The notes below the pieces were generated by a model. That model was not told the origin of the DNA, did no database searches, and saw nothing but the letters and a program-made list of their open reading frames with translations. Of a stretch of DNA of 64,000 bases, positions 23,225 to 34,999 are shown piece after piece (the first letter of the stretch is position 1; each line of letters begins with the position of its first letter). This DNA is from Fimbriosthenelais zetlandica. Lineage: Eukaryota. Made by a program: the position numbers and the translations under genes. The stretch covers positions 17,856,001 to 17,920,000 of the forward strand of contig OZ365112.1 of assembly GCA_977030845.1 (NCBI GenBank), given 5' to 3'.

Positions 23225-23545
23225 TATAGGGATCCCATCTCTATGTACAACCATCTTAGCTTCTCATTTGTAGAAGTTGATTGACCTGAAGCGCCCTCGC
23301 TGAGGTCAGCTTGTACTATATACCAACCTAGATTGTATATGTAAGAGGGTGTCTTAACCAAACCAATTGGAGGGCGATGATCGCTGGGCCGGATCAGTGA
23401 CCCCAAGTATGTTGGCGTATTTCGTGCTACCCACCAGGGTCTCCTCCTGGATCATAATGAGACCATAGTGATGACAACACCATAAAATCTGATATGTCAG
23501 ATTGCTCCAATGTAACAAATGCTCAATAACGGCTAACATCTTCAA
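23225..23545 (-). mobile_element. Decayed non-LTR (LINE) reverse-transcriptase C-terminal fragment
   Basis: Frame-broken peptides LLHWSNL, ETLVGSTKYANILGVT, STSTNEK, GCT*RWDPYK resemble the LINE W..W...KC / KYLGV / VWDPY region. Confidence 0.55.
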
Positions 23546-25699
23546 CTAAAATTAAGAAATATTCATTGCCTTAATACTTTATGATATCTAGATAGGTGAA
23601 CTTATACAAGTTTTCCCCATCCTTTTAGGTCGGGGATGATTTTAAAAGTAGGTAACATAAGTATTCCCCCTCGCTCTGATTACCAGGCTAGTTCTGACTA
23701 TCATAGTTCATTCTGTATCTGAGAAAGTTAGTTCACATATAACACTGGAGATGGCGCCTCCGATCGCTGTTGTACGTTTTTAGATGTGGCAACACGTGAC
23801 CCAAGAACATTATGCAGGGTGTGGTCAGAGACCTTGTATTAGGATAAGGTCTCTTGTGTGGTCCACCGAATAGGACAAGTCTATATTCCCAATTTTGTTT
23901 CCATGCAATAGACAACATGGTAATCGTTCGGTAAAAATGCAAGAAAAGATAATATATATCCATTCAGCATTGTTGAATTCAGTTGAAGCCATGGGGGAGA
24001 GGGGTTAACTAAAGGTAGTCAAGTGAGGCATAATAGATGATGGGATTGACACAGTGGCGTCCCCAATGTACGTACTATCCTGTCCCATCACCTCCGTGCT
24101 CAGGAGAGGGTAACATTCATTCCCTACCAATACACTAGGTGTCAGCACCTCTCAAGTACTCTCAAGAACTCCCTGCTTCGCAGATAGTATACACTAAATA
24201 TCTTATATTACATCTTTGTGCTCGTATTTATAGTTATGTGCTAGTTATTTGCTTTAAAGTAGTCGCCCCACCCTTTACTTTTTTCTAAAACTGATTTTTA
24301 CCTTTCGAGCCTCCCGTGAATTATTTATAGTAGGCCTGTCTCTGTTGTGCATCACCCTGCTTAGTTATGTGATTAATTCTTTTTTAGTTGTCATTAGTTT
24401 TTATATTGCTCATCTTTAGCACTTTATGCACTCAAAAAACCTGAGAGAACTCTAATATGATTATGTCGACAAACCCCCAAGGTCATTTAAATTGTCCTCT
24501 TTATAGGGCCTACCTATGATTATGGACTCTAAAGTAAGCTTGGATAAAGCCGTTTTTCCAAACTTTGTTCTGAGTTGAATTGGGATTCCCGGTAAAGAAA
24601 TCCCAGACAAACGTCAGGTGTGTTTAGGGGGATATCATTGCCTGACACAACATCAATTATATTCCCCTATAGTTGCCAGCAAGTCAGACAGCAGGGAAAT
24701 CTCCAGTATAAAAGGTGTGTCACCAGGGATAGGATCTCTATTGAACTTAGATCATTTGAATAGAGAAAAACTATAAAAACCTTTCTAATGAGGAGACAAT
24801 GTACATATGTGCAATGATTCTATCCTTCGACAACCAAAATAAGGCCACGGGAAGTTAAAGCTGGTCAGCAGACCGAAATCATTGACTGTGAAATTTCCCA
24901 TACTCTAAACAATATTTCAATTAACGCCCACCACTTAATTAAATTTATTACCTTACCATGTTATTTATACATGCAGGTTCGGGAGTTAAATTATTGTGGT
25001 TGACGTTATTATATCTATAGGCGACTGTTTATAAATTTTATATTGAGGTGTGTTTTTATTGTAATACTCACCCAGGCCTGAGAAATGTGCTAGTCTGTCT
25101 CTATGATATGCATGGTGGATAGGGCATATGATCATATTCACATTGATTCGCCACATTTGCACCTTGTGCATGGTGGCCGGCCAATTTCATGACTATGTTT
25201 CACAGGCCTCCGACTTTTTCTAGCAAGCAGAGAGCATCACTTAGAGCCTATAGTATACGAAACTGGAAGAAACAGTCCAGAACTGCCGTCCGTGGCTGCA
25301 TGCTCTACAATATTCATTATAGGGCAAGCCAAGAAAAGGACGTATCCTTATGTTGCCAAATTAACCTTTAAATCCTGACATTGATGAAAATGCTGAAGAT
25401 AGGCCCAGGCATGGTTATATAGTCTAGGTACAAAGTTTCAATCCACTACATTTTGACATAAGTTATCCTTTCATTATAATCTCCATTCCCATATAACCCA
25501 AATCCAATTCAAACTGTAAACCAATTAATGTCATTTATATAATCCTCGATGGTTATCCTTAAATGAAGGCACTGGTTTTCTAGTCTAGGTCGTTCAAACC
25601 TATTCTGGCTCAAAGCTGTTGCTTCACTTAATAAACCCTCATTTCTACTCCGATGTTACATTAAACCAATAGTGTTCGATTGAATTGCTGACATTCTTT

Positions 25700-26000
25700 T
25701 GGGTCAGCATTACTTGAAAATTATGGGCTATTCAATATCAAACGAGTCGTATTGATGGGCCTGTCCAATATGGGGTTTGTTGCCCCTCGCCTTTACCCTA
25801 TATGTGATGTGAATTACTGAAACCTAAGATATGGTATCTCTTACTTACGAAAGCTTCCTCAGATTTGGACTTTGATAAGAAAGGTTTTAATGGTATTGAC
25901 TGAAGAATTGCTGAGCATGACTTGATAAAGGGGCTATGGAGGGAGGATCTAGACTGGAATTGGGAGAGTTTTATTAGGGAATTATAAGTTGCCGATCCCC
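25700..26000 (+). mobile_element. Decayed LINE reverse-transcriptase fragment
   Basis: Frame-broken LENYGLF...QYG, DLDFDKKGF, GYGGRI/LDWI..F resemble QHGF, LDF.KAFD and YGI.G..L.WI motifs. Confidence 0.45.
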
Positions 26001-29000
26001 ACAAAAAATGCTGGGAGCATTTGCGAATAAAATAGGTTCATGGGGTACATTTGTTATATGCAGTTGATGAGGGTGCAGTATTAGGAATTGTGATACTGAG
26101 GTGTCACATGGCCTGCAGGCAAACGCTCCCTTCACTTCTTGCCAGCAGTTTGATCGTATGGATTGACAGAAATGTTAATGGAGTAAGTGATATATATCTC
26201 TGTCTACAGGCTTTTTCTCGTGGATTATAACTCGATATATTCACAAGGAGCCATTACATAGCCCTATAAGATATAAACCGGTTTATACTCAGCTTATGAA
26301 AATCCCTACACTGCCAACTTCTGAGTTAAAAGGATGAGGGGCTCTAGAAAGGGGACCGATACTATTCATTCCTTGATGAGCTGCCACTTTCACCCATCGC
26401 ACATTTTTAGTATATGTCCAAGGTTATGTCACCCTCCAGGGTATTTTCTCTGTGATTCTAAAGTTGAAAAAGATACTCACAACTAGATGTGGTTAAAAAT
26501 TAACATTATATATGAGGAGTTGAAATCTCCCTATACTATAGCATTTACCGAAATCTCAACAATGGAGTCCTATTGGAAGAGTTGTATTATACACTACGCC
26601 CATAATAATGTATTTGTAGTATGAATGTGTATTTATAAATGTGTAGCTACGGTAATATAGGCCTCCTACTCGTAGTCTAGTTGATTAATGCGTTGTATAT
26701 GACACCACCCTCATTGCATACTACTAGAGCAAGTTATAATTTGCGGTATCAATGGTATACAAAGGGTCTATTAGGTCATAATCGTTTGTCTTCGGATAAT
26801 TAACCTTAAAATACCCCTCCATGCATAGCATTATACACAATGTCAAATATCAGAAAATGTTGGTTTTGCTCATGCATTAGCTTACTACTCTAAGAATTTC
26901 ATGGATCTATTTTAAGTATAAGAGTCCTTTTCATAATGCATATAGAAGTAATCATGGTTAATTTTTGTCACATTTCGCACGGATAAGTGCCCTCCTTAAG
27001 ACCTGTGTGGGTGGGATGGGCAGACATGGGGATGCATGGGGAAGTTTGATAGGGTAGTGACACCGCTAGGATTTAACTAGCCTCGTGTTCCTACTTTTCC
27101 TACTTCCTAGTAGACCTGAACTAGCATTTGAAAACGAGCGAAGTTCCAGCTTTATTATCCAGAAAAGAAATTCAGATGATAAGAACCTAAACCATGAATT
27201 GCTTTGAATATTTGAAATTTGTTTTTGTGAATTGTATCTGGATCCTGACCTTTACAAACCAGTCTTCCATCTTCCAGTGGTCATAGGTTCAAGGTCAACT
27301 CATCGCACTCTGCCGTCAAGCTGTCTCCGAGTAGAAACTGGTCTTATGCAATTCATGCGTGATATAGATCTGTGTAGGGTGTTTGCGTGACACCTTGCAC
27401 CTAGACGATTTATAGAAAAACAGCCCTGTAATCAGTATACATAAATGAAACGTTTCCTCATTACATGTACCAATATCTTCAGCCTCCCCTTTAATTTAAA
27501 CGTTGCAATCGGTTATTTTTTCCTGGAACAACTGAACTAGATACTAGAGAAAAACTAGACGATTACACTCGTTCCCTTCTTTCTATTTTACAGGACAAAA
27601 ACTCTCCTTGTAAAGAAATCACCTGATTTTAATGACTGAACCGGGGCGTCACGACTCAGGTATGTAGTAATTTCTTAATCCAACATACAGTAATACTTAC
27701 AATGCGCACGAATACAAAATTATTCCATGCAACAAATTTAATGAAAACCACTTGATTATTTTCTAAATTTGGGTGCAATCAGGAGACACTATATGTTTTA
27801 TCGTATTGAATTGCAATATAAGTGTTCTGATCTTGTGCATTACTTTTGACAACAGTTGTTTTTGCGCAACTGGCATTAAAGTGATCTTAGCCTAAGTCAA
27901 GTAAAATATCCATGCGCCATGCCTGCATAATTAGAGATAGTGTTAAAAATATTAGGGGCCAAACTCTTCAACACATTTTAAGTCTATGTAAAATGGCCCT
28001 CCATTGAGCCAGGATTAATCAATACTAACAATAAAGCAAGTGATTTATGATGTTGCTGACGTTGCCCAAGGGGCAATGTCAGGACAACGTCAGAATACTT
28101 GCATAGTTGAAAGCAGCATGACGAGGTCTCTTCAGTTCAGCTCAGGTCGGGATGCATATATGTACAACCTGGTTCACAATAGGTATGCTCAGACTTTATT
28201 TTAAGTTTTCTATACATTTTGTTTCATACAAGCCTAACCTATCTCTCAAAACTATGTTCTTTGTCGAGCATTTCTTCCCATGTGTCTGTGTCGTATATAT
28301 GTATATATCATGATAATATAAATTGCGCATGTAGTGTCTTTTCTCTGGTGTAGAGCGGGGGATAAGGTACTTTTCTCAACTTGTATCAGGCTAAATTAGA
28401 ATTTGAAAAGGTATCATATTCAGCATTATCTGCTACTATAGAAAATATATAGATTACTAGAAATTCTTCAGTGGCTTAGGTGCCCAGGCATTAGGAGTTA
28501 AATTGTACATTTTCTAATATTCCATAAGATTTGTACTGTATGTAAAGTTCGTAAAAATTCGTAAAGATCACTGAAGCAGGAAGACGCATTCCTTCCTCAG
28601 TGAAACATTGAAAAAACATGGGGGAAATAAATAGAAGGATGGGTTCTCAAAATTTTATACATCCTTTTTAATATATCTTATCCCAAGAACCAACCAGGTG
28701 CACAAATGGATTAAAAATAGTACCAGTGGACGAGATATTCCTTGAACATGCATGTAATTTTGTGTGATTAAACCAAGTATACAATGCTTTTTTGTCTCAA
28801 AGACAAACATGTTGTTTAATGACAAATGACATAGTAATCTGCCCAGCGTGGTATGAATCGGCTGCCATTACTTAGAACCCGACCCGTACCAATTCAAAAT
28901 TATTTTATGCACAAGCTCTGTGGGGGTCATCAGTGTCATGAGAAAGTCATAAGCATATATCAGTAAAAGAAGTGGCTTGTATAAAGGCTGGACGTGGTTA

Positions 29001-32000
29001 GATGGTTCCATGATTTATGTTATATTTATAGGGAGGAGGGGGGCAGCTCTCAGTTTTAACCATTGGGCGTCTTTGCTGTTTTATCTTGCTGTTAAACTCC
29101 CATAAAATATTTGAAGTAACCCTATTTAAAGTAACCCCCTCCTATATTTTAACACCTTTGAAACGAGAGCTCTAGTTACAGCTTGAAGACGAACATTGTT
29201 ATGTTTCATGTATAGAATGTAGTATATACCCAATTGCCGTACAATGGTAGGTATTCTGCTGTTATTAAATAAGTAGGGATACTGCTTGGCAACATGAACA
29301 AAAATTGATAATGTGCAGTTTCTTGACTATGGTCAATTATATCATATATTTGTATCATAATATATTTGTATGGATAATCTTATCCATATATTGGATGAAA
29401 TCAATGTGATATATTTGAAATGTTATCCAATCCAGACAGTCTTGATTTTTAATCCCCATGTTTCCCTAAGCTTTATTGCATTTTGGACTACAACAAGATT
29501 GTTTGAAACTTCACTGACAAAAGCTAAACCTCGACACAAATCAAAGGGAAATTGTGAAGAATTCAGTGAAAGCTCTTTGCCGTTGTGAGATTATATGAGG
29601 GGCCAGGTGGTGATCGGGCATGGATCTCCTCAGCCCAGTGTCAAACTTTCATCACGCCTGAGCGTCTTCATGCTACACAAGTACAACCAAAGAGATATGA
29701 CTCAGAAAGTCATAGCCATGCATCATGCCATATACTCCACCCAGAAATAATGGGTGTGTTGTCATGTCCATTATGTAATTTGGGAGTCATCAACATTTCT
29801 TTGTTCTTAAAAAATTAATAATTGATACGAAAGTGTATCTTAAACAGAACTGACATGTATTTGGTATGGCATATATTAATTTAAAAAAAATAGAATCCGC
29901 CTCTTACATTATGATAAAGGGACAACAATTCCCACTATTGCCACCTTTGTATGAAGGGAACGGGAGAGGTAGGGTCCTCCACGAAGAGAACAGAGAGGGC
30001 GAAGTAAATATAAAATCAAGAAGAAACTGCAAAACCCCCAAAGGGCTTTCTGCTTTTGAGACTGTATAGTGGAAGACGAGGAAGCTTTAACTTTTGTGAA
30101 GCTAGAAGGGAAATGTGAACTGAAGTCCTTAAAATGAAAATCCCTCAAAAAAGAAAGGAGGGAAGTGAAAAAGTCTTCCAGAAATCAGGGAAGCAGAGGC
30201 CCTGCTCAATGACCTTGACGGAAAGGATTTTATTGTATTTCCGAACCATCCCCGCTAGTTTTTTCTCTGTACAAAGGCAATCTATTTTCCTATATTTTTT
30301 TTCTGCGCCATATACTACAAGTATCCGAATTAAAGACATAGTTTACCTCTTTTCTTTGAAGTAAGGATCCTTCAGGTGTGACCACTGGCCCTTGTGTACC
30401 TCACGTTTGCTTTATTCAGGCAACCCTTGACTAGCTTATTACAACTGGGGATCTTTCTGCTTTTGATATTTACAATATTTTGAAATCTCTGCTACCATTG
30501 CTTGTGTCCATATATAATTAATTATATTGATGCATGTGCCTAATATACGCACATACCCATCCGCTATCTATACTTGTTACGAGCTTCTCTGTCCATAGTG
30601 GTGGCCCTGTCAATACCTTGATGACATTTTCATCTTATTGTTCCCTATTGAGAATTAAGGTAACTGCTACATATTTATAGTTGTGGGCAGTGGCATGAGA
30701 TGATCACACCTGGATTAAACAAACATGAGTATTGCCTCAGGTGTCCCAGGTAGATTGAACACTTTCTCCGGCCACCTGGAGTATCAATGAGAGGCGGATC
30801 TTTCTGTGAGTTAGTCCCCGCTAGATTAGACGCTCGTCGTTATTGCTGAATACTCAACTCACTAACCCAGAAAAACTCACGGCTTTAACGGGTTATCATT
30901 CCAATCTAGACTAATTCCTAGACAAACTGCTCATTTGGCTGTCTAGGATGCGACGCCAAGAGCGGAAGGGTTAACGTGAGGAAACTGTTATGCTCCAGTT
31001 ACATCAAGTGTGGTCACACATGAGTGAACCACTCATATCGTAGTCATATTACTGAGATTGTGGTATCCATGAAACTAAAAATAAACCTATTTAAGTGTTA
31101 ATATAAAGTTTATTTGACGGTTCGCATGGTTCTTGACAATGAACAGTGAATGCTAAATATTTGAGACAACTTGTTGTAGTGGAGAGATATAAATTTATGT
31201 TGGTAGTTCTTGGGTTTATTGAGAGGGATTCCAATAAGTTTTGTTCCCAGTTTGGGTGTTTACGACCTCTAGGGTATATTGGCATTAGGCCAGCAAGAAG
31301 AACAGAAGATCAGAATTCTCACAAAATCCCAAGCCGGCAGCTAATGCTTCCATGAAAAGATTTTATTTGATGGCCAGAGAAAGAAAAGATATCCACGTCT
31401 GGTTTGCGTCTACCAAGATATATCCTTTCACAAAGCGGGAAATCATTCAATACTATGAAATGGGTTGTTAGAATCCCACTATTTGATCCATTCTGTTAAT
31501 TTAATTAGGATTTACCACATCAGATCATTTAACTTCAATAACCATGGTTTCTGAGAAATCTTCCGTATAATTATAAATCTCGTGAATAGACAACTGGGTT
31601 CCGGGAGGTTAAGTACCACATGTATAGCACATGTATGTAGTTAAGGCCTATTGCAGCGCAAAACTTTCCCATTGACTTAACATTGCTAATTGTTGTATTG
31701 TCCTGGAGCCCGTTTCGAAACAGAAATTAGCCAATAAGCCATAGGCTTAGGATTGCTAATTATCCACTTGTATGACTTGCATTTTTGTCCTGATGTAACC
31801 CAATTTTTTGGTTACGTCTCCGTTCTCAGTCTTTTATGAAAGCTACCCTCATATATATCTATTCGCATGTTCAGTTTTGGTTATTTCCGGAGTCAATTCT
31901 TTCTGCTTGTCATCATGCCAAAATTCCTTATTAATCCATATTATGACTTCTAAATGTGTACTACGAGGTAACTTTTCATGTAATTGACATGGTTCATTAC

Positions 32001-32952
32001 ATTGTTTATAATGATATAGGCCTATTATACATACCTGTGTCAACAGTATAATTTCATGCAGATGTATGATAACCGTTTAAGGTACAATTAGTGAACATTT
32101 ATCGATCAGCTATCGTGTGTGGGGCCCACATTAGCCAGCACTTAGTTGATCTTCATGCATCTAGATATGCTAGCATATCTAGATGAGCTCATGGCAGATC
32201 TATATATGAGATTCTTACTCTGAGTTTAGATCAGTGCATGGATCTTACATGCATATCAGACTATACCCCTGTATACATATAGTGTGAGTATATAATTATC
32301 AACTCAGCCAAATATTATTTGGGCGTGGTGCTATGTGAATGACACCCTAAGAAAGTTAGCACATCTTAGCGCATCATGGAGACTGGATCCTACCAATAGC
32401 CAGTTAATGTGGTAAATGTTCCCAGTCAGTGTATAATATGTCAGTAACCACCACCCATTCTACTTTAACTATTACATGTCTCGAATGATAGGGAGAACAA
32501 ACGTTCAAAACTTGAAACCCGTAATCAATATCCATCATCTAAATAGATCTGATGGTCCGCCATTGTAGGGTGGCCAAGCTTTGAAGTTGGATATGGATAG
32601 ATTGTAGTTAAATATGAGTGATGAGACTATTTGTAAGTGAGGGAGCTAAAGCCTTTAATATTTGGGGCAGATAGTGGAAAGATGATTCACAAATACAAAA
32701 ACACAAATAGGCTAAACAGATGCCACGCCTCTTCAACAGCCTTCACCAATCAGAGCTTGAAGACAAAACAAGTAAGCCTATGGCTCCGAATTATAAACCA
32801 TTTTTCAATGAGTCTGCTACTTTGCAAGCGGTTCTTGTAGGTGATTTCACGACAGATGCATTCTACAGTAATCATCTCATGCAGCCCTCTCACAGTGCCA
32901 TTAAACTACGAGGTGATCGCACACTGTCAGAATTATTGTTCGTCCACGCCAT

Positions 32953-33988
32953 CCACCTGGTGTAACTGGTGGTACACAGGCGAACCACCTGGTGGTACAC
33001 AGGCGAACCACCTGGTGTAACTGACGGTGTACAGGCGAACCGCCTGCTGTAACTGGCGGTGTACAGGCGAACCACCTGGTGTAACTCTCAGTGTACAGGC
33101 GAACTACCTGGTGTAACTGGTGGTACACAGGCGAACCACCTGGTGTAACTGGTGGTACACAGGCGAACCACCTGGTGTAACTCTCAGTGTACAGGCAAAC
33201 CACCTGGTGTAACTCTCAGTGTACAGGCGAACCACCTGGTGTAACTGGCGGTGTACAGGCGAACCACCTGGTGTAACTGGCGGTGTACAGGCGAACCACC
33301 TGGTGTAACTGGCGGTGTACAGGCGAACCACCTGGTGTAACTCTCAGTGTACAGGCGAACCACCTGGTGTAACTCTCAGTGTACAGGCGAACTACCTGGT
33401 GTAACTGGCGGTGTACAGGCGAACCACCGGGTGTAACTCTCAGTGTACAGGCGAACCACCTGGTGTAACCGGCGGTGTACAGGCGAACCACCTGGTGTAA
33501 CTGGCGGTGTACAGGCGAACCACCTGCTGTAACTGGCGGTGTACAGGCGAACCACCTGGTGTAACTGGCGGTGTACAGGCGAACCACCTGCTGTAACTGG
33601 CAGTGTACAGGCGAACCACCTGCGACCACCTGCTGTAACTCAGTGTACAGGCGAACCACCTGCTGTAACTCTCAGTGTACAGGCGAACCACCTGGTGTAA
33701 CTGGCGGTGTACAGGCGAACCACCTGGTGTAACTCTCAGTGTACAGGCGAACCACCTGGTGTAACTGGCGGTGTACAGGCGAACCACCTGCTGTAACTGG
33801 CGGTGTACAGGCGAACCACCTGGTGTAACTCTCAGTGTACAGGCGAACCACCTGGTGTAACTGGCGGTGTACAGGCGAACCACCTGGTGTAACTCTCAGT
33901 GTACAGGCGAACCACCTGGTGTAACTGGCGGTGTACAGGCGAACCACCTGGTGTAACTGGCGGTGTACAGGCGAACCACCTGCTGTAA
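32953..33988. repeat. 32-bp-unit minisatellite, about 32 copies, with interspersed unit variants
   Basis: Consensus GAACCACCTGGTGTAACT[GGCG/CTCA]GTGTACAGGC; further variants CCTGCTG and GGTGGTACAC; a few truncated units. Confidence 0.97.
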
Positions 33989-34786
33989 GCACTGGTGTAG
34001 GGTATGGTAGTAAGTTATAGTATAATTATTTTAAAACGGGTTACATACGATGGTAAACATTCTGTTGGATCTTCAATATTTTATAACAAGAATACATTAA
34101 CTTACTTACAAATAATTACAATTAATTAAAAATGGGGTCATGAATCTCGAGGCTGGTACTTCAATAAAAACGTGCTATTGGGACTAAATGATGCCTGTTG
34201 GAAAGGGAACAGTTAGAAAGATTCCCTTTGGTCAAATCCTTTGTGAAAAGGAGATATTTTATCAGGCACAGCGCTTGATACAAGAGAAAAAATTTTTGGA
34301 GGGATAGGTTTCGAACATACGACATTTGACTGGCAATCGTGATACCAAAACCAAACGAACCTGTAGGTCTGTAGTTACTGTTCTGGTTCCTCAACCATCT
34401 GACACATCATATGATGGCTTGTAAAAGTTCCAAGCCAAGCTGTATTTACTCATCTTAGTACGAGTGAACGCCTTTCTTTCAATTTAAACAACCATTTACA
34501 AGGGCTTTACTGTCTGGTCTCTGAGACTAATGTGTGAAAATAAATGTAGTGCATTATCGACTGAGAGGGTTCCCGGGTGAATTGCTAAGGGAAGGACTAT
34601 GACCATGTAGAATAATGCCCTTTTCTGCTGATCATTGGGAATTATCAGCAAATATGGACTTCCTTTTGGCTCTTGGGGTTCATGCATTGACAAGGTGAAG
34701 CCTTCCGGAACACTCATGCCACTCCCTGTGAAAGGGTTTTTTCTATTTTCCAAGCTTGACTCCTCACATTCCCTTCCAGGAAGAAC

Positions 34787-34999
34787 TTTCAGGGACAGAT
34801 GCTCCCAGGGAGACTTCCCAGGCAGGGAGAGCTCCCAAAAAGCGCTCTCAGGGAGAGGTCTCAGGGAGGCATCCATGCAATGGAGACTATCTATGGATAG
34901 CTCCTAGGGAGAGGCCTCACGGAGGTCTCCAATGGAGATTTCCGAGTGTTCTCAGGAAGGATTCCAATGGAGAGCTCTCAGGGAGAGCTCCCAGAGAGA
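34787..34999. repeat. Degenerate ~15-bp tandem repeat (CTCCCAGGGAGAG-like)
   Basis: Recurrent ctcccagggaga, ctctcagggagag and ccaatggaga motifs, roughly a dozen decayed units. Confidence 0.6.

Noticed and set aside
27289-27297. NR5A/ERR-type site TCAAGGTCA upstream of ABCA (possible lipid-sensing control)
   Set aside because: A single 9-mer in 25 kb is near chance expectation, and no LXR-type DR4 was seen.
29370-30364. Cluster of short ORFs with Lys/Glu-rich, protein-like pieces (SLPEIREAEALLNDLDGK)
   Set aside because: Probably a decayed TE gene, but no family-diagnostic motif could be recognised, so it is not listed as a feature.
32953-33988. CRISPR-like or guide-RNA (repeat-spacer) array
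   Set aside because: The variable part is only 4-8 nt and takes a few recurring states rather than unique spacers. The context is eukaryotic and no nuclease gene is nearby.
32890-33992. Minus-strand ORFs of 61-147 aa with a repeating 32-aa peptide (VVRLYTASYTRWFACTPP...)
   Set aside because: Artefact of translating a 32-bp unit that lacks stops; three units make 96 nt. The ORFs break wherever the CTCA variant or an indel occurs.
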